A stretch of 63,997 nucleotides of DNA, filler included, from Basidioascus undulatus (GCA_000826855.1; 6 parts of 6 records of this genome joined end to end with filler, not necessarily neighbours in it); one strand, 5' to 3'; positions 1 to 13,386 are shown, counted from the whole stretch's first letter. Translations and numbers: made by a program. The notes: generated by a model from the sequence alone, not told the origin.

Positions 1-2
1 AG

Positions 3-122
3 AAGCTCAACGACTGGCCCACGTACCCGCAAATCATCGTCAACGGCGAGCTGGTGGGCGGTCTGGACATCCTGAAGGAGATGGTGTCGTCGGGCGAGTT
101 GAAGGAGATCCTGAGCGGTTGA
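3..122 (+). CDS. Monothiol glutaredoxin (Grx3/4-like), C-terminal fragment
   Basis: Manual translation gives [39 protein letters not shown]. It has the WPTYPQ and GGLD motifs of CGFS-type glutaredoxins. The 5' part lies outside the window. Confidence 0.9.
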   Translation, partial: KLNDWPTYPQIIVNGELVGGLDILKEMVSSGELKEILSG

Positions 123-226
123 AGGACAGTTGTTTCTGTAGAGAAGGTCGCTCGAAGCCTGCGAGGGATCATCTCAAGCGAAAAGCGCACAGCACGCAAG
201 CCTTCGTAACAGAATATTCAGCTGCA

Positions 227-2190
227 TCATGACGCCGACCCCGCCTTGTTTTCAGCATTCAACGCACGCCGCCTCAGCTTGCTCCCGGGCGCTTCTTCTT
301 CCTCCGTGCTCGCGCTAGCCACTGCGACCGCCTCCTTAGCCTCGACAATCTCCACCGTCTCCCTAAGCGCGGCCCTCCTCACCCATCGCCTCCTGCGGGT
401 GTACTTCCCAAGCCCGCCCCTCGGCCCAAGCTGCTCCCACTGGTTATCGCCGTAGCACCACCCCGACGCGTCGACCTCCGGCTCTGCAGCGGGCGGGACG
501 GACAGCGTCGACGGCGCGGCCTTCTCCGGCTGCTGCTGCTGCGCATGCGCCGACGACTCCGCCTCAATCGGCGACCGTGCAGCCGAGTCGATGCTCCGGC
601 GCTTGGCCTCGGTGGGCGACCCGAGGTCCGGCAGCGCGCTGATCCGGCGCTCGGGCGATGTGCGAGTGGGCGACATGCTGCGGTTAAGCTTGGCCAAGCC
701 CTGCCGGAGCGCGTTCTCGGCGCTCGCGCGAGGCGCAGCGGAGAAGCTCGCCAGCGTCGCGGGAGCTTCCTCGGACGCGCCTGCCGCAGCTGCGGCGTCG
801 TCGCCAGGCGGAAGCGGCACGCGGATCGTCGGGCTGCTGTGACCCGGCGTGGCGACAGTCCACTCATCGTCCAGCCACGCCCATGCGACGGTGCGCTTGG
901 TGCGCGCGTAGGTGTTGGTGCGTGCGAGAGCGGAAGGAGGGGGAGTGTATAAGGCAGTGGGAGGGGGAAGGGTGAAAGTCGAGGGAGGAGAAACAGGATG
1001 CAGGTGAGCGTCGCACCTGCGAGTTAAGATGGGTGAGCCTTTTTGCTGGAAGGGATATCAAGGCGACAGAAAAAAGCAAAATGTACCACGATGGTCTCTC
1101 GTTCGGCAACAGCGCCGCTGTCCAATCCAGGCCGACCCACCAGCGCTGATTCTCGTAGATCTCAAAGCGGAAGAGGGCCTCGCGACCTTTCAGAGCGTCT
1201 GCGATCGCCTCTTCGGGGACCGACGCAGGCTCGGACTCGCGCCGCCGACGGAACGAGAAGATCGAGAACGACGAGCCCAGCTTCGCCGGCGCCCCGTCCT
1301 TGGCCGCGGACGCCCGCCACGCCTGCAGAACCGCCGACCAGAGCTTCGCGATGACCGCACGGGCGGAATCGCCTTCCGCGCCGGCGCGCAGAGCAGCGAA
1401 GTCGAGCACGAGCAGCTCAGCGATGAAGCGCGCTGCCCTCCGCACCGCCTGACTGCTCGCCAATGCTTCGCGGCAGACGCGGGCCCATGGCGCGTTCCAC
1501 GTCAAGGCGACGGTCCCGGCCGTGCCGTACACGACAGGTGCGCCGGGCCAGAAGTTGAACAGGACGTAGTATGTCGGGTAGGAGGCGACGAGGAAGCGGG
1601 CGAAGAGGCGGGAGTGCGCGGGATCTCGCCAGGATAGGAGATCGACGATGGGGATGATTGCGGACTCGTGAAGGCTTTGGAGGTGGACAGTGAGGGTGGA
1701 GAGATCGGAGAGGGTCGCGGAGAGGGTTGCGGGGGTTGCGGGCGACTCCGGCGCCGCGGCGGAGGGCGAGGGAGGGGGCGGACCATGAGATGAGGGGAAG
1801 AAGTGCCAGCGGATGTAGGCCCAGGCGAGGTAGAGCAGGAGAACGCCAGGAAGCAACGACCTGCCAGAACGAAGTCAGTCTACTGCAGAAGGCCAAAAGG
1901 TAGTCATCATTCCCGCAACTCAGTGGCATAATCTGCCACAGCCGACCCTCCTCTTCAACGAAAACAATCAACGCTCACCTCAGCGCCCACGCCCCAAACA
2001 AGCACACCAGCCACCAGACCCCGATGAGCGTGAAGCTCTCTGCATAGCTCCCCGCCGTCCAGCTAGCCACTTCGGCGAGGCTCGCGGCGGCGGAGATGGC
2101 GGGTGCGAGAAGGACGAGGAGGCGGAGGACTGGGGGCGGAATGCTCGTAGCGAGCGCGATAGACGGGTTCGTCGTCGCCGTGGCGGACAT
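227..2190 (-). CDS. Integral peroxisomal/ER membrane peroxin, Pex24/Pex23/Pex30 family (dysferlin domain), multi-exon
   Basis: The N-terminal exons are hydrophobic. DysF motifs FEIYENQRWWVGLDWTAALLPNERPSW and GWCYGDNQWEQLGPRGGLGKYTRRRRWVRRA are present. GT-AG introns lie at about 1861-1978 and 1016-1085. Confidence 0.85.
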
Positions 2191-2743
2191 GATGGTCGTC
2201 GGGGAGATGAGAGAGTGGATCGTGGACAATGGGGAGGGTGAAGTCGGGGGCTCGGCCGCCGGTTGGCGATGCTGTTTCGAGGCGGGCTTTTGCGGGGACG
2301 CGTACGGCGTGTACAGTGCTCGGAGGTACGGGTCGTTTAATGGCAGGTCAAAGGCGCTCACTGGCGACTGCGTCTCAGTACCGAGAGGACTGAAAAGGCC
2401 GCCAATCGCACTCACTGTCCCGACGAAGAGGCGAACATGCAGTCGATGGCCAAAAGGCACGAAACCGTCGTCGAAGTACCTCAACCAGCTCCTCGGCGGA
2501 AGAGATCGCCGGTCCCTCCGTCAATCGCACGTGATAGGTAAACTGATTAACCAGGACCCTTGCAGTCGCGTTTCAACGGTCTCAACAGTGTCGTATGCCA
2601 ACATCGTACAAGACTGTCAAACGCCCACACAAGCAACTTCATGCCCAGGAAAGATAAGTAAATGTTCAAGAAGCCAAGCTCGCAACTCTTGAGGCTGCCA
2701 GGCCCAGCTTTCCCAACCGCAGCAACTTCGTGCTCGTCGACCA

Positions 2744-5128
2744 TCACAGCACAAACTGCATGTCCGTGTCAAGCGGATGCGAGCATGAAAGCTGCATGGA
2801 AGCGTCACCGTCAGAGTCTTGTTGCCATTCGCAATTCAGGTAAGCGAGCTGCCGAGAAGCTTACCTGCGGCTTCTGCTCGTATCCATTCTCATGCAACAG
2901 TTTGCGCACTCCGACCAGGAGCTCCTGGTACGTTGGCGTTGGGTTCTGAGAGTCAAAATTCAGCGCAACAGCGTCTCAGATCGAGTGCTTCGGAAAAACA
3001 TACGGGGGTCAGCACATTTACCAAAGCCCAGGACATTGCGCCCGTAGCTGTGCCTGACTGGACCGCGTCCGCTGAAGTGCCGGTGTCCTTGCAGCCCGAA
3101 AGCGAGACCTTTTACAGTACAAGATAAGTCACCCTTCTTATCCTGATTTCAGCTCGAGGGGACTCACAACGTCGGCCTCAGAGAACTTGTCCTTCTTCGT
3201 GCGCTGCTCGGCTTTGTAGCCCTGGAAGACGTTCGAGAACGCGTTCTTGAGGACGGACACGGCGTCGCCGGCGTTTCCGCTCGCGTAGGCGACTCCAGCT
3301 GAGATGAGGTCGGAGGGAACTCCGGTCTGTCATGAAAGTGGGTAAGTGAGGACCTTCACCAGAAGATGCCGAACCGACCAGGAACTGCGGGCGCTTGAGT
3401 TCGCCGTCGGTGCCGTACACTGGGAGATAAAGAGCGGGAAATCAGTCAGAGAAATAACTGTTGAAAAACTACAAGAGGTTTTACGGACTGAATGGCAGAT
3501 CGAGAGCACTTCCCGAGTGGCAGCAGTCGAAGATAGCCATGAGCCCGGCGCCGCGAGGCAGCGATGCAACCATGATCTCGTGCATCTCCTGCAATAAATT
3601 TGAGTTGACTTATCGCATGTAAAGGGTAAAAGTACTCACGTCGTCCTCGATGTGCCCGGCAGTCTGTAGCCTTGGTGAGCTTCTTGTACCCGCGGCTCCC
3701 CATGGGGATGCATACCTTGTAGTCCGTCGGGTAGATGGCTGATTACGCCCATTAGCTGTCAGAATCATCCTTTATCTCGAGAGGGATAATGAGGCGCACT
3801 TTCGTCGTCCCCATCGACTTCGTCGCCATCGAGATCCTCCGTCTGACTGTGGGAGAGAGACTGATCAGGCCCCGACAGCGTAGACTGGGGCTCTATCAAG
3901 CGCACCCGCCGTGCCTGTCGATGTTGTTCATCAGGGTCTCCGGTGACTTAAATACGTCGTTCGAGCGCCAGGACTCACCCCGAGAAATGAAAGACGAGCG
4001 AGTCGTCGGCCTGCGCCCCGGAGACCAGCCAGCTCATAGCACTGTTGAATCGGTTTCAGCGTGTCACCAAAGAGTAAAGAGAAGTTCAAGGCCGACTAAC
4101 CGAAGAATATTGCTCTTCGTCGGGATAGTACGCTCATCCGCCCCGGGAGAGTCCAGCAAGATCACGCAGTCCTCCTGTCGGAAGCCGTACTTCTCAATCA
4201 AGAACGACATTATGTTGCTGTGGTTCAGTACGGAGAGATCGTGAGTCCGCCAGAATAGAAAGAGTCCAACATGTACATAAGGAATGAGAATAGCGCTTAC
4301 CGAGCGTCGTTGTGGCTGGTTTACCCAGCACAGCGTCAGCGAGAGATGAGCAGACAGACGAGAAATGTCGCTTGGCCGCGCACCATCCCGAAAGTTCTGC
4401 ACTCGTTCCCGGATCTGCAGATGTCTTCGTAAGCCATGCGAGGCCGCATCTCTGTGCTTGTGCCCTCACAGTTGCAGCCGATGAACAACCCCTTCTTCCG
4501 CCCAGAAGCGTGACTGAGCTACTCCGTCCTCCGTTTGCTGTCAATGGCAGAACTATTGGAAGCTTTCTAAGAGGGCATACCTGGTAAGTGTGCTGCTCGC
4601 CCGAGGTACCGTAGCTCAGCACTTCCGAGGGAATGGCGTGCGGCTGGCCGGACCGCTCGTTGTATGCGGCGGGCGGAGGACCCATCGGCGGCTGATAGTA
4701 TGTACCGCTTTTTTACATTGTACAGAATTCTTCAGTTACTTGGGAATAGAGTGGGTGGAGCAAGAACGAACGCACCTCGGCTCCTCAGCACCCCACCCAG
4801 GCGGCGGTCCCGGGGGAGGTGCGAATGGCCCGCCAGCGTAACCGCCTTGAGAACTGAGGGAAATGCTCCAGTCATTAGGTTTCGATGAAGCATCTTATGA
4901 ACTTACGCTTCCCAGGTTCCAGGAGGAGGTCCGGGAGGAGGCGCGTATCCACCTTCCGGACGCCTGGAGTGCGTGCGTTGTCACAGTATCGCAGTCACGC
5001 ATCAGCTGCTGGAGACGTTCTCGACAATGAGTCGGGATCGGAATTACTCACCCGCATGACGCTCCAGGATACCCATCCTGTCCCCCGTAGCCCTGATACC
5101 CGCCCGGGTAGCCGCCTTGCCTGTTCAT
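2744..5128 (-). CDS. MCA1: Type I metacaspase (peptidase C14), many introns
   Basis: Spliced exons give a G/P/Y/Q-rich prodomain ([16 protein letters not shown]), [33 protein letters not shown] (catalytic His), [14 protein letters not shown] (catalytic Cys), [16 protein letters not shown] and [19 protein letters not shown]. Confidence 0.93.
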
Positions 5129-5659
5129 GCGCGACGGGTTCAGTACGATCGACTCGAGTATGAATAGCTGCCAGGGCGACAGCAGAGCTCAGAAGCTGGC
5201 ACAACTCTTACCATCCTGGATTCCACGACATTGCAGCGATTGAGTGGATGTATATGGAGGTGTATGAAGGGGTGGTGTCGTTGTGACTGGAGCGCTCGTT
5301 GTTGATGGGAGGAAGGCAAGAGTTCTCCAAGACGGAATAGGCGGAACGCCGAGACGGCCGAAGCAGTTCACCGCGGGGCTCGCCAAAGAGCAACAACAAC
5401 AATCAACAGCGTAGTGGCATAAAGTATGTTGATAATCGTAAGTGATCAAATCCAGAAGGTGTTTCCGGTGGTGTGCACAAGTTTGCAAGGCATGAAAATT
5501 CGGGACCGACAGTCAGACGTTGCTCTTTCAACGACAGGGTTAGGTGAGCGGCCCGGGACTTGCTGGGAACAAGCAGTGCGTCAAACTGATATTACTGGCG
5601 ACATATACAACTACTAATTAACCAAAGTGTTTCCTTGCCGCATGTATTGGCAACGATGG

Positions 5660-6600
5660 TGTTCGACGCGTGAACGTTATCATTCGGCTTGGCCTGCAAT
5701 TGCAGGGACGGCCCGGCCAGGGCTATCGCACCGTTACCCCGTCTTGCGTTCGTGTTGCGCCGTAAAAGGCCTACATATAAAGGAATTGACTCTTGGGGGC
5801 CTATTACAAGCCGGGCCGCGCATGCCGTCGACGCCGTGTCCGCCGATGGACGCAGTCGGCAATTCTGCCGCCTTCTTTCCCTCATAACCATCTCCCCCGT
5901 CTTCGAACGAACGGTCAACCTCCTGACGCTGAGCTCATCCTTTTCGCTCTGAAGCGATTCAAACACCTTCGCTTTCTTTCTGAGGTTGATCGCTGATGAT
6001 AGAGAGCTCACAAAGCAAAGATGTCCAGCCATAATCATGCCACAGCTTGAAGAGCTCACACTTTGTGCGACCGCTGCCGAGGTGTCTGGTCTTACCTGGC
6101 TCTCAAAAGCATGCTTTCGCGCTCTCCGATCGCTCCATATTATCGGTGGAGGAAGAAACGGCTACTTAATTTCGCAATTTTTAGAAGTCCATGGACGCCG
6201 CCTGATCTATCTGCGCCTTGACGTTCTCGATGCTGAAGCTGACCTCGAGGACAATTTGATTCTATGCCCGAACCTCGACAAGTTTATTTGCATTTCGACG
6301 ATGATCAATTCAAACTGAATTGCGCAGACTCGCTTCCACTTTCTCTCCGGCTCATAACTTTGGCCTTTCCAGACACGTCTCGCGAGTGTCGCTCAGCAAT
6401 CGAAGACCTGATAGCGGACCTGGAGTTGAGGTGCCTCGGGGAGCTGACGGATATTTATCTCGCTCCAAAGTCGACCGGCAATCGTGCATGGGAACATATG
6501 GGGAACCACGCTTTCGTGGTCTGGGCGTATCAAATGGGGGTTCTGTTGCTCGTAGTTGATGTTGGGTTGAGTGACGTGCAAAGTCGCAGGATCTGCTCGT
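5660..6600 (+). pseudogene. Degenerate F-box/RNI-like LRR gene, copy 1
   Basis: LRR-like segments (MPQLEELTL, FRALRSLHI, LIYLRLDV, LCPNLDKF, LPLSLRLITL) are spread over several frames separated by stops or frameshifts, with no obvious introns. Confidence 0.55.
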
Positions 6601-7059
6601 TGGACGCGAGCGAAGAGATCGAGGATCGAGGAAGACTCGGACTAGGTTGGGGGGAGACCTTCCACTGCTCTCGTTTCTCGCACCTATTATTCATATGTCG
6701 CTATGACTGCTTGAACCATGAAATTGGTAGAACCTGCCAACGTAGGCAGTGCGCAGTGCAGCACCGCACAAACGGCCAGCAAGCTGCGCCTCTCAAGCTT
6801 GGGCCAAGTTTTGACAGGCAAGGCAAATATGTTCCTTGTCCATTGTACCACTATCAGAATCGATGCCGTAAAAGCTGCCACTGCCGGCTGCTCTGATGAC
6901 ATGTCGCACCGCGGCGGAGACTCGGAGCGGCCATATTATGTGCGCGCCGTCCTGCTGGTTCCCTTCCACTCTCCAACACACATCTCGCAGTCGCGTTCTA
7001 CAATTGCCCTACCCGCAGACTATCTCCCCACCTCCGCGCACTGACCATTCATCAGACCG

Positions 7060-8200
7060 CCGGTCTGCTCGGCCTCCTTTCCGGCCCGGTCATTGTTCGT
7101 ATCCTTGAGCTTGCCACCGCGGGACACCGCTGGCTCTTCCGGTGGTCTGCAAGAGGTTCTATGTAGTATGCTTCGATTCGGATGGTCTACCGCAATGCGC
7201 TGCTCAACGAGGGTGCGATACCTAGCGGGTTGCCCAGCCGTTTCTTGTTCGGGATATTACTCTGGGTCGCTGGTTTCGATCGAGCGTCTGTACAAGGGCC
7301 TTCTGCTGTCGAAGAATCGGGGGGTTTCCAGCAGGATAGAAGGTCCGCAGCCTTCAAGTACTCATCGACGAAGTCGTCGCCCGGTTCTCTGGACGACACC
7401 ACCCTCATTGCCCTCATACAGCTCCTCCCCCATCTGTCATCTTTCGCTTGGTGTGCGCAGACCGGACGGGGGCTGGTATATCGAGCAGGATACTGTATCT
7501 TAGACGTTTCGTCTCGAAGCTGCGCTGGAAGCCTTGTGGAGCTCACTCGACGTCGACCTGCAAGATAAGGCTGAGCTCGCTGCTTTCGGGCGATCCCAGC
7601 GCCTTCGCACCATTCGCCTGTTCTCATCGGTAGAACAACTGGGAACAGCGGGTGTGGTCAGTACTAAGCTCCCACACCTGCGCACTTTCCGCCTTGGTCA
7701 CTACTTGAGTCGAACTCCGGCCTGCGCCTCGCTCTCAGCTGCTGCCTTCCCTTCGCTCACCGTCTTGGCTTTTTCTGTGGGTTTATCCATGGCACCTGGC
7801 TTACTTGAATTTCTCCAACTTAACGGGAGTCAGGTTCGTGGCCTGTTCGTCTTGGAAAGTAGGTCTGACGCATCGCTGTCTTCCACTCGCCCTTTGCTGG
7901 AGTCTTCGATACCTCCCTCACCGTCCGTCTCTCACCCCCGACTCTCCGGTGCCCGATGTCGCTACGTACCTACCAGTCACCCTCGAGGTTGTCACGCTGA
8001 CCATCCAAAACACATGCTCGTCTGATCGAGAAATGCTGTCTGACCGAGAAATGCTCGATCAGCATTTCTCGATCAGTTTTTGGCTTATGCCCGACAACGA
8101 TTTCGTGGCTTGGACGCTTCGGATCAGCACAAAGCTTGAGCGTGCGGGGATTCAGCTGTGCGATGCGGTGGGTAGCGGCATGCGCATGGTGTCTGCCTAG
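7060..8200 (+). pseudogene. Degenerate F-box/RNI-like LRR gene, copy 2
   Basis: An F-box-like LSGPVIVRILELA and ERLYKGLLL are followed by LRR-like LPHLSSFAW, LRTIRL, LPHLRTFRL, FPSLTVLAF and LPVTLEVVTL. At least two frameshifts occur (about 7545 and 7870). Confidence 0.55.
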
Positions 8201-8411
8201 GAAGAACGGAGAGTTGTGGTGTATACTGGCGTGGGCGTCACCGTGAATGCAACATCAGCTGGTTCAAACGACATGCTTTGAAAAAAATTCACGATCTCTT
8301 CCTGCGACTATTTCCGACTATGCCAACTTCCAAATGCTTGCACGCGTCAGCCAAAGCACAATCGTATCCGATGGGCTCCAGCAAAAGTACACACTACACA
8401 TTCTCCGACCC

Positions 8412-10635
8412 TCACCGTCCCTCCTTCTCCTTCTTCGCCCGCTTCGCCGCCTTCCGTTCCGTGCGCTTCTCCGCGCGGCTCTTCTCCCCCTCCCCAGCAG
8501 CGCCCGCAGCCTTGAACAGCGCGTCGATCTCGTCCTCCTCTGGTGCAGGGCGCTTCTTCGTCTTCGTCTCCGCGGGGGGTGCAGGCGCAGCAGCAGTGGA
8601 GGCGGTGGTGGTGGTGGAAAGGGCAGGAGCGTGTGCGGGAGTGGGAGTGGGCGCAGGAGTGGGAGTGGGCGCAGGAGTGGGAGTGGGAATGTATTGCTCC
8701 TTGATCCACGCGCGCCAGTCGTCCCTCCGCCGACGGAAGAGCGAGAGGTTGACCTTCCGCGCGAGGAAGCGGCCGAAGAAGCTTGCGGCGAGGAACTGCT
8801 CGTGCGGCATTAGGGCGGCGGCGAACTTTTCCTGGTATCCCCGTCCGTCCGTCCTTGCTCACGTCAGTACCTCTCCAGCAATGCAGAGGAGAAATGTGAA
8901 GAAGAGATAAAGAAGAAGAAGAGTGGCGGCGGACCTTGAAGTACCCGTCCCCCGTTGCCCAGACCTTCTCCGCCACGCGGCTCCCCACGCGCAAGTCCGC
9001 CATCTCATGGTACCTTCCAAGGCACCGCATTCTGAACGCGCGCTTGTCCTTGAGTGACACACTCGGCGCGTCGAGCAGCGCGTCGAGCACGCGCGACGCC
9101 GTGGGCGACGCGGAGAGGTGCAGGATGCGCTCGGGCTCTAGGGCGAGGATCCTGCATTGGTCCCGTTCCTAGTCAGCTTCCGGCAAAGAGAAAGGGGGAA
9201 GGAGAGGGAGGGAACGCACGAGGAGACAATGGGCGTGTTGTGTGGGGACGAGAGGCGAAGGAGGGACTGGAGGAGGAGCGCCCCCTGGAGGGTGGACGTG
9301 TCCGCGTTCGGGTCTTCCTCCGCCGCGGAGCCCGCCTTGCGCCGGCGCTTCCGCGGGGGGCCAGACTCGTCGCCTTCCTCCTCTTCCTCCTCCTCGTCGT
9401 CCTCGTCTTCCTCCGCCTCTGGTTGTGGGGTGTCGGCGTCGCCGGAGGTCGTGCTGGGCTTGAAGAGCGATTTGTGGAGCTTGCGGTAGGTCTATGGGCG
9501 GGGAAGAGGGGAGTTTGTCCGTTGGTTGGCCGAGTTGACGAAGAGAAGGCGGTAGCGGAAGGGCAAGGGGAAAGAGGGGTGCAACGGACCTTGAAAGGCA
9601 CCATCTCCGCCACGCACCCGACGGCGTGCGCCATCCGCGTCTCGTCAGCCGGGTCGAGGCCAAACGCGCTCAGGACGACCTGGCACAGGAGGAGCAAGCA
9701 TGTCAGCGAGTGCGTAAGAGGGCGGAAGAGGAGTTGAAAGAATGCACGGAGAGCGTCTCGGCCTCGTGCGAGCCCTGCGCGGCAGCAGCGTCCACGAGCG
9801 CGCGGAGCGGGCCCGCCCGTCCCGTCTCTGTCGGCGAACCCTCGCATCAGGAACCTGCCAATCTCCAACACATCTCACAAGAGCTGCCCGTGTACGTACT
9901 AACCAACTTCGCCCCCAAGCCCTTAAGCACCTCCGCCGCCCCCCTCAACGCCTCCGGGACCCACTCCTCTGCGCGCACAGCGCCGAGGCGCTCGACCGCG
10001 CGCGCCCACACGAAGTTCCCCACGGGGTGCTTGACTGTGCGGGCGCCCTGCTTGGCCGAGAGGTAAGTGCTCCAGAGCGCGCGGAGGATGCGCGGCGGCG
10101 CGAGGAGGAGGCAGAGCTCGGTCGTGTGCGAGGAGGTCGTGTCGGAGAGGGTGGTGAGGACGTGGGCGGATTGGGGGAGGTCAGTGGTGGAGTGGGAGGG
10201 GTCGTTCACTGCGCGGGACGGGGTGTTAGATTTTTGGGGGTGGGAGGAGGAAGGAGAAGCGTACGGTGCGAGACAAGCCCGTCCAGCCACCCATCCATCA
10301 AGCTCCCTCTCTCGCCGCTCCCACCCTGCTCTGCCTCAAAGCGCAGCAGCATCTGCAGCACCGGCGCGCCGACCTGGCCCACGCCAAACGCGCGCACCTC
10401 GCTCCCCGCGCGGAGTCCGGCACGGATGGCGTCCACGCAGCGGGCGAGGAGGGGCGGGAACGCGGGGGGGACTTTGCGGGTGGAGGAGGACGAGGTGGGG
10501 GCGGGGACGGCGGAAGGGGTCTCTTGCTTCGAGAGGTAGTGCTGCGACTTTTTGGAGCGGATGAGGGAGGCGGTGGTGGCGGTGGAAGAGGAGGATGGGG
10601 CTGGGGCTGGTGGGTTGGGGGAGAGGAGGAGGAGG
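8412..10635 (-). CDS. NOP9: Nucleolar protein 9 (Pumilio/PUF repeat), 5'-truncated by contig end
   Basis: Segments KHPVGNFVWARAVE, LSASPTASRVLDALL, MADLRVGSRVAEKVW and KVNLSLFRRRRDDWRAW, plus a K/E-rich tail containing DEIDALF, resemble fungal Nop9. Confidence 0.85.
8638..8687. repeat. 18-bp coding tandem repeat, about 3 copies (PTPTPA) in the NOP9 tail
   Basis: The unit ggagtgggagtgggcgca is repeated. Confidence 0.85.
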
Positions 10636-10735
10636 NNNNNNNNNNNNNNNNNNNNNNNNNNNNNNNNNNNNNNNNNNNNTTAATTAATTAANNNNNNNNN
10701 NNNNNNNNNNNNNNNNNNNNNNNNNNNNNNNNNNN
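10636..10735. other. Artificial contig spacer (N-run + TTAATTAATTAA + N-run)
   Basis: This is a 100-nt linker with stops in all six frames. The same linker recurs four more times. Confidence 0.97.
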
Positions 10736-11379
10736 GTGAGCGGGAGGAGGGGGAAGGGACGGGGAGAGAGGAGGGGAAGAGGGGAGGACGGGGGGTGTAC
10801 TTGGGTGTGGATGGACGCGTGACGAGGGGTAGGGGACGACCCGATCGTGTACCACCCTATGAGCTCGAAGTCGGGGAAGACCTGCTTGACTGTTGGATGG
10901 CGTCCACGGAGGTCCATCAACACGCGCTGGGTCTCCGAAGGCTCAGCATCGGGAAAGCAGAGCTACGCACACTGATCCTGCCTTGTCGTCAAGAACCCAT
11001 GATCGAGCTCGTCGTTCTCCCCCAGAACCAGCTCGAAAGTGTTCAGGATCTCCACCGCGCGCCCGCTTTGCGTCCCGAGCAGGGCTCCCAGCACTGTCCC
11101 GCCCCCACTCCTCCGGTTCAGCACACCCTCTCCCTCTCACTCTGCTGTTCAGGCCGAAAGAGCCCAAACGCACCCAGCGGCTCCGCCTCGCCCGTCTGGA
11201 GCTTTCTCCGCGTAAAGTGCTCGGTGATGTTGAGGAGCGGGAGGGGGTGGCTGGGATGTGGTCGTGCGGGTCAGTGTGCGCTGCTGGAGAGGGAGGGAGG
11301 GTGAGACGCACAGCGCGAGGGAGAGCCCGGACTGCGCGTTCTCGAGCACGACCGATAGGGGGGCGGCGGAGGAGGCCAT
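10736..11379 (-). CDS. CSN6: COP9 signalosome subunit 6 (MPN domain), 3'-truncated
   Basis: Spliced translation: MASSAAPLSVVLENAQSGLSLALHPLPLLNITEHFTR...LGALLGTQSGRAVEILNTFEL...GFLTTRQDQ.KQVFPDFELIGWYTIG. Confidence 0.9.
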
Positions 11380-13386
11380 GCTGCTGCTGCTGCTGCTGCT
11401 GCTGGCCGATGGGAGGATGGTAGAGTGTTGGATGAGGAAGGTGAGCGAGAGCGGAGTCGGGCCGATACGCGTGTTGCTTCGAGGGCAATGAACTCATCGC
11501 GGACTTTGAGTCGGTCGAGGCGAGACGGTTGGTAAACAACTCGAGGATGTGCAGGAAGACGCTCTACGCTCAACGACGCTGGATGGAGTAGACATGCAAG
11601 ACTCTGATACATACGAACATAGTAGCGGTGAAATTTTTTTTTTCATTCTCGCGTACTGGATCGACGGGCAAGAGGACGGCGAGGCTGTTAAGACGAGCGA
11701 GGACGACATTACTCGACTTGTTCGCGATGACAGATAGCAAGCAGGGAACGATGCGGCAGGAAGGGAAAGGATGGATGGACTCGAAACCGCCCCCGCTATC
11801 GCACATAATCCCCATCCCAAGCACGATCAACCAACCTCGCGCCCCCTCGCAATCCCCGCCATCGCTTCCCGTCCGCGAAGACCTACCCCTACCCTACAAA
11901 CAGCGTCAGCACTGACCATCCATCCCCAAATCGCCCGACCATCTGCCACGCGCGCACACCCGCAAGGCGAAAGCCCAGATCAGGGGTGTCAAAAAGCGTG
12001 GAGCATGCCGCGCCCACCCACCGTTTGTGAGACGGCTTGCCCCTCGAAGGAGCCGGGCGAGCGCGTGACTCCCTGAAGAAATTCATGAAGAGACATCATT
12101 GGGCGCTGCGGGCACGTGCGTGCGGTGGCGGAGAAAGACGAAGACGAGAACTCACCTTGGGCAAACCCCCCCCCCCCCCCCCCCCAACCGAATAAAGACC
12201 GGGAAAACCCTTGACTGGAAGTCGAAGGGGATGGAAAAAATATGTTTTGGAAAAAGGATCATCGCACTGATCGACGCGCATAAGCCCCGTTCCGTTACTC
12301 TCCTCAGAGAGCAACCGCCATAACTATCGATTTGTCGATGACCAACGCATCCCTTCCCAGCCAGCGCGCAAGGGCTCGTATCTTCGCCGCAGGCGCCAAC
12401 CAGGTCGGGGGAAGGCGGGCCCGGTGTGCTGCGTCTCCAAGCGAGAGAGACGCGAGCGCCGCGGAGGGCCCGCCCCACGCGCCCGCTCAGCGTGGCGGTG
12501 CTGAGGCTTTCCCAGGGGGGTGCGTGTGAGTCCGGGGACTTTCCCCGCAGCGGGAGGGGGCGACGCGAGGATCGATCGCCTGGGAGGGAGCTGCGATGGC
12601 GGTTGGGCGTCGGTGCGATGATGGGGGTTGCAGGGAGAGCGTGCGAGGAGAGAAGACGTGCAAGGGGGTTCATCAGGGCCGGCTCAGGGGACTTCACGAG
12701 ATGCAAGCTGCGTCCCTCTGCTTCCAGCCATCTTTCACACCAACACACTACATCTCATAATGCAACACCGACAGTCTCCTGCATACATCTCATGCAATCG
12801 CTCATCACCTACTCTGCATGCAGTCCCTTTCGCTCGCTGCCAAAGGCGTCCACACCCGCTATTTGGTCCCCGCGTTATCCGTCGCTCACCTGTCGATCCA
12901 CTTTATCCACTTTCGCATTCATTTTCACTTTTCGAAACCATGTCAGACTCGCTTTCCCTCGCGTCTCCGCCCACAACCAAATATACAAACTATCACATCC
13001 GCCAACGCGGCGGCACGCCCCCCAGCCGAAACCGGCGGCAGCGACGGCAGCCCTGATCGTCATGGCAACTCTCCGCTGCGCCCACACACTGCCTCCCCTT
13101 CCGCCGCGCTCGGGGCCGCCAAATCGGGTCTGGTGCGTGGCGGAGATATGCAGAACGCGCAAGAGCGAATGGCGAAGAGCGAAGACTGACTTTTGTGTGG
13201 GCGAGGGCTGGACGCGTCGTGTTTGCTCGCTCAGCCCGCGTTGTTGCGGTTGTCCTGTCCTGCGCGACGCTTGGTTTTCGACCGTCACCATCTTCATCTC
13301 ACCCATTCAGCACTTCGTACAATACAACCCATTCGCGTCTCACATCTCGCTCATAACACTCAGCATCAACACCCCAGCAGCCCAGG

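Noticed and set aside
120..210. TGA readthrough or selenocysteine in the glutaredoxin
   Set aside because: The TGA is at the normal C-terminus. There is no CTA context, no PTS1 in the extension and no evident SECIS.
3505..3535. DCCHSG instead of DSCHSG in the metacaspase
   Set aside because: This is a common variant and the catalytic dyad is intact.
10680..10691. Palindromic TTAATTAATTAA recurring every 10.7 kb as a biological repeat
   Set aside because: It is always centred in N-runs and is a standard six-frame-stop assembly linker.
11400..13386. Ste11/Prf1 HMG-box sites upstream of mei2
   Set aside because: I saw no clear TTCTTTGTT or ACAAAGGGA match by eye.
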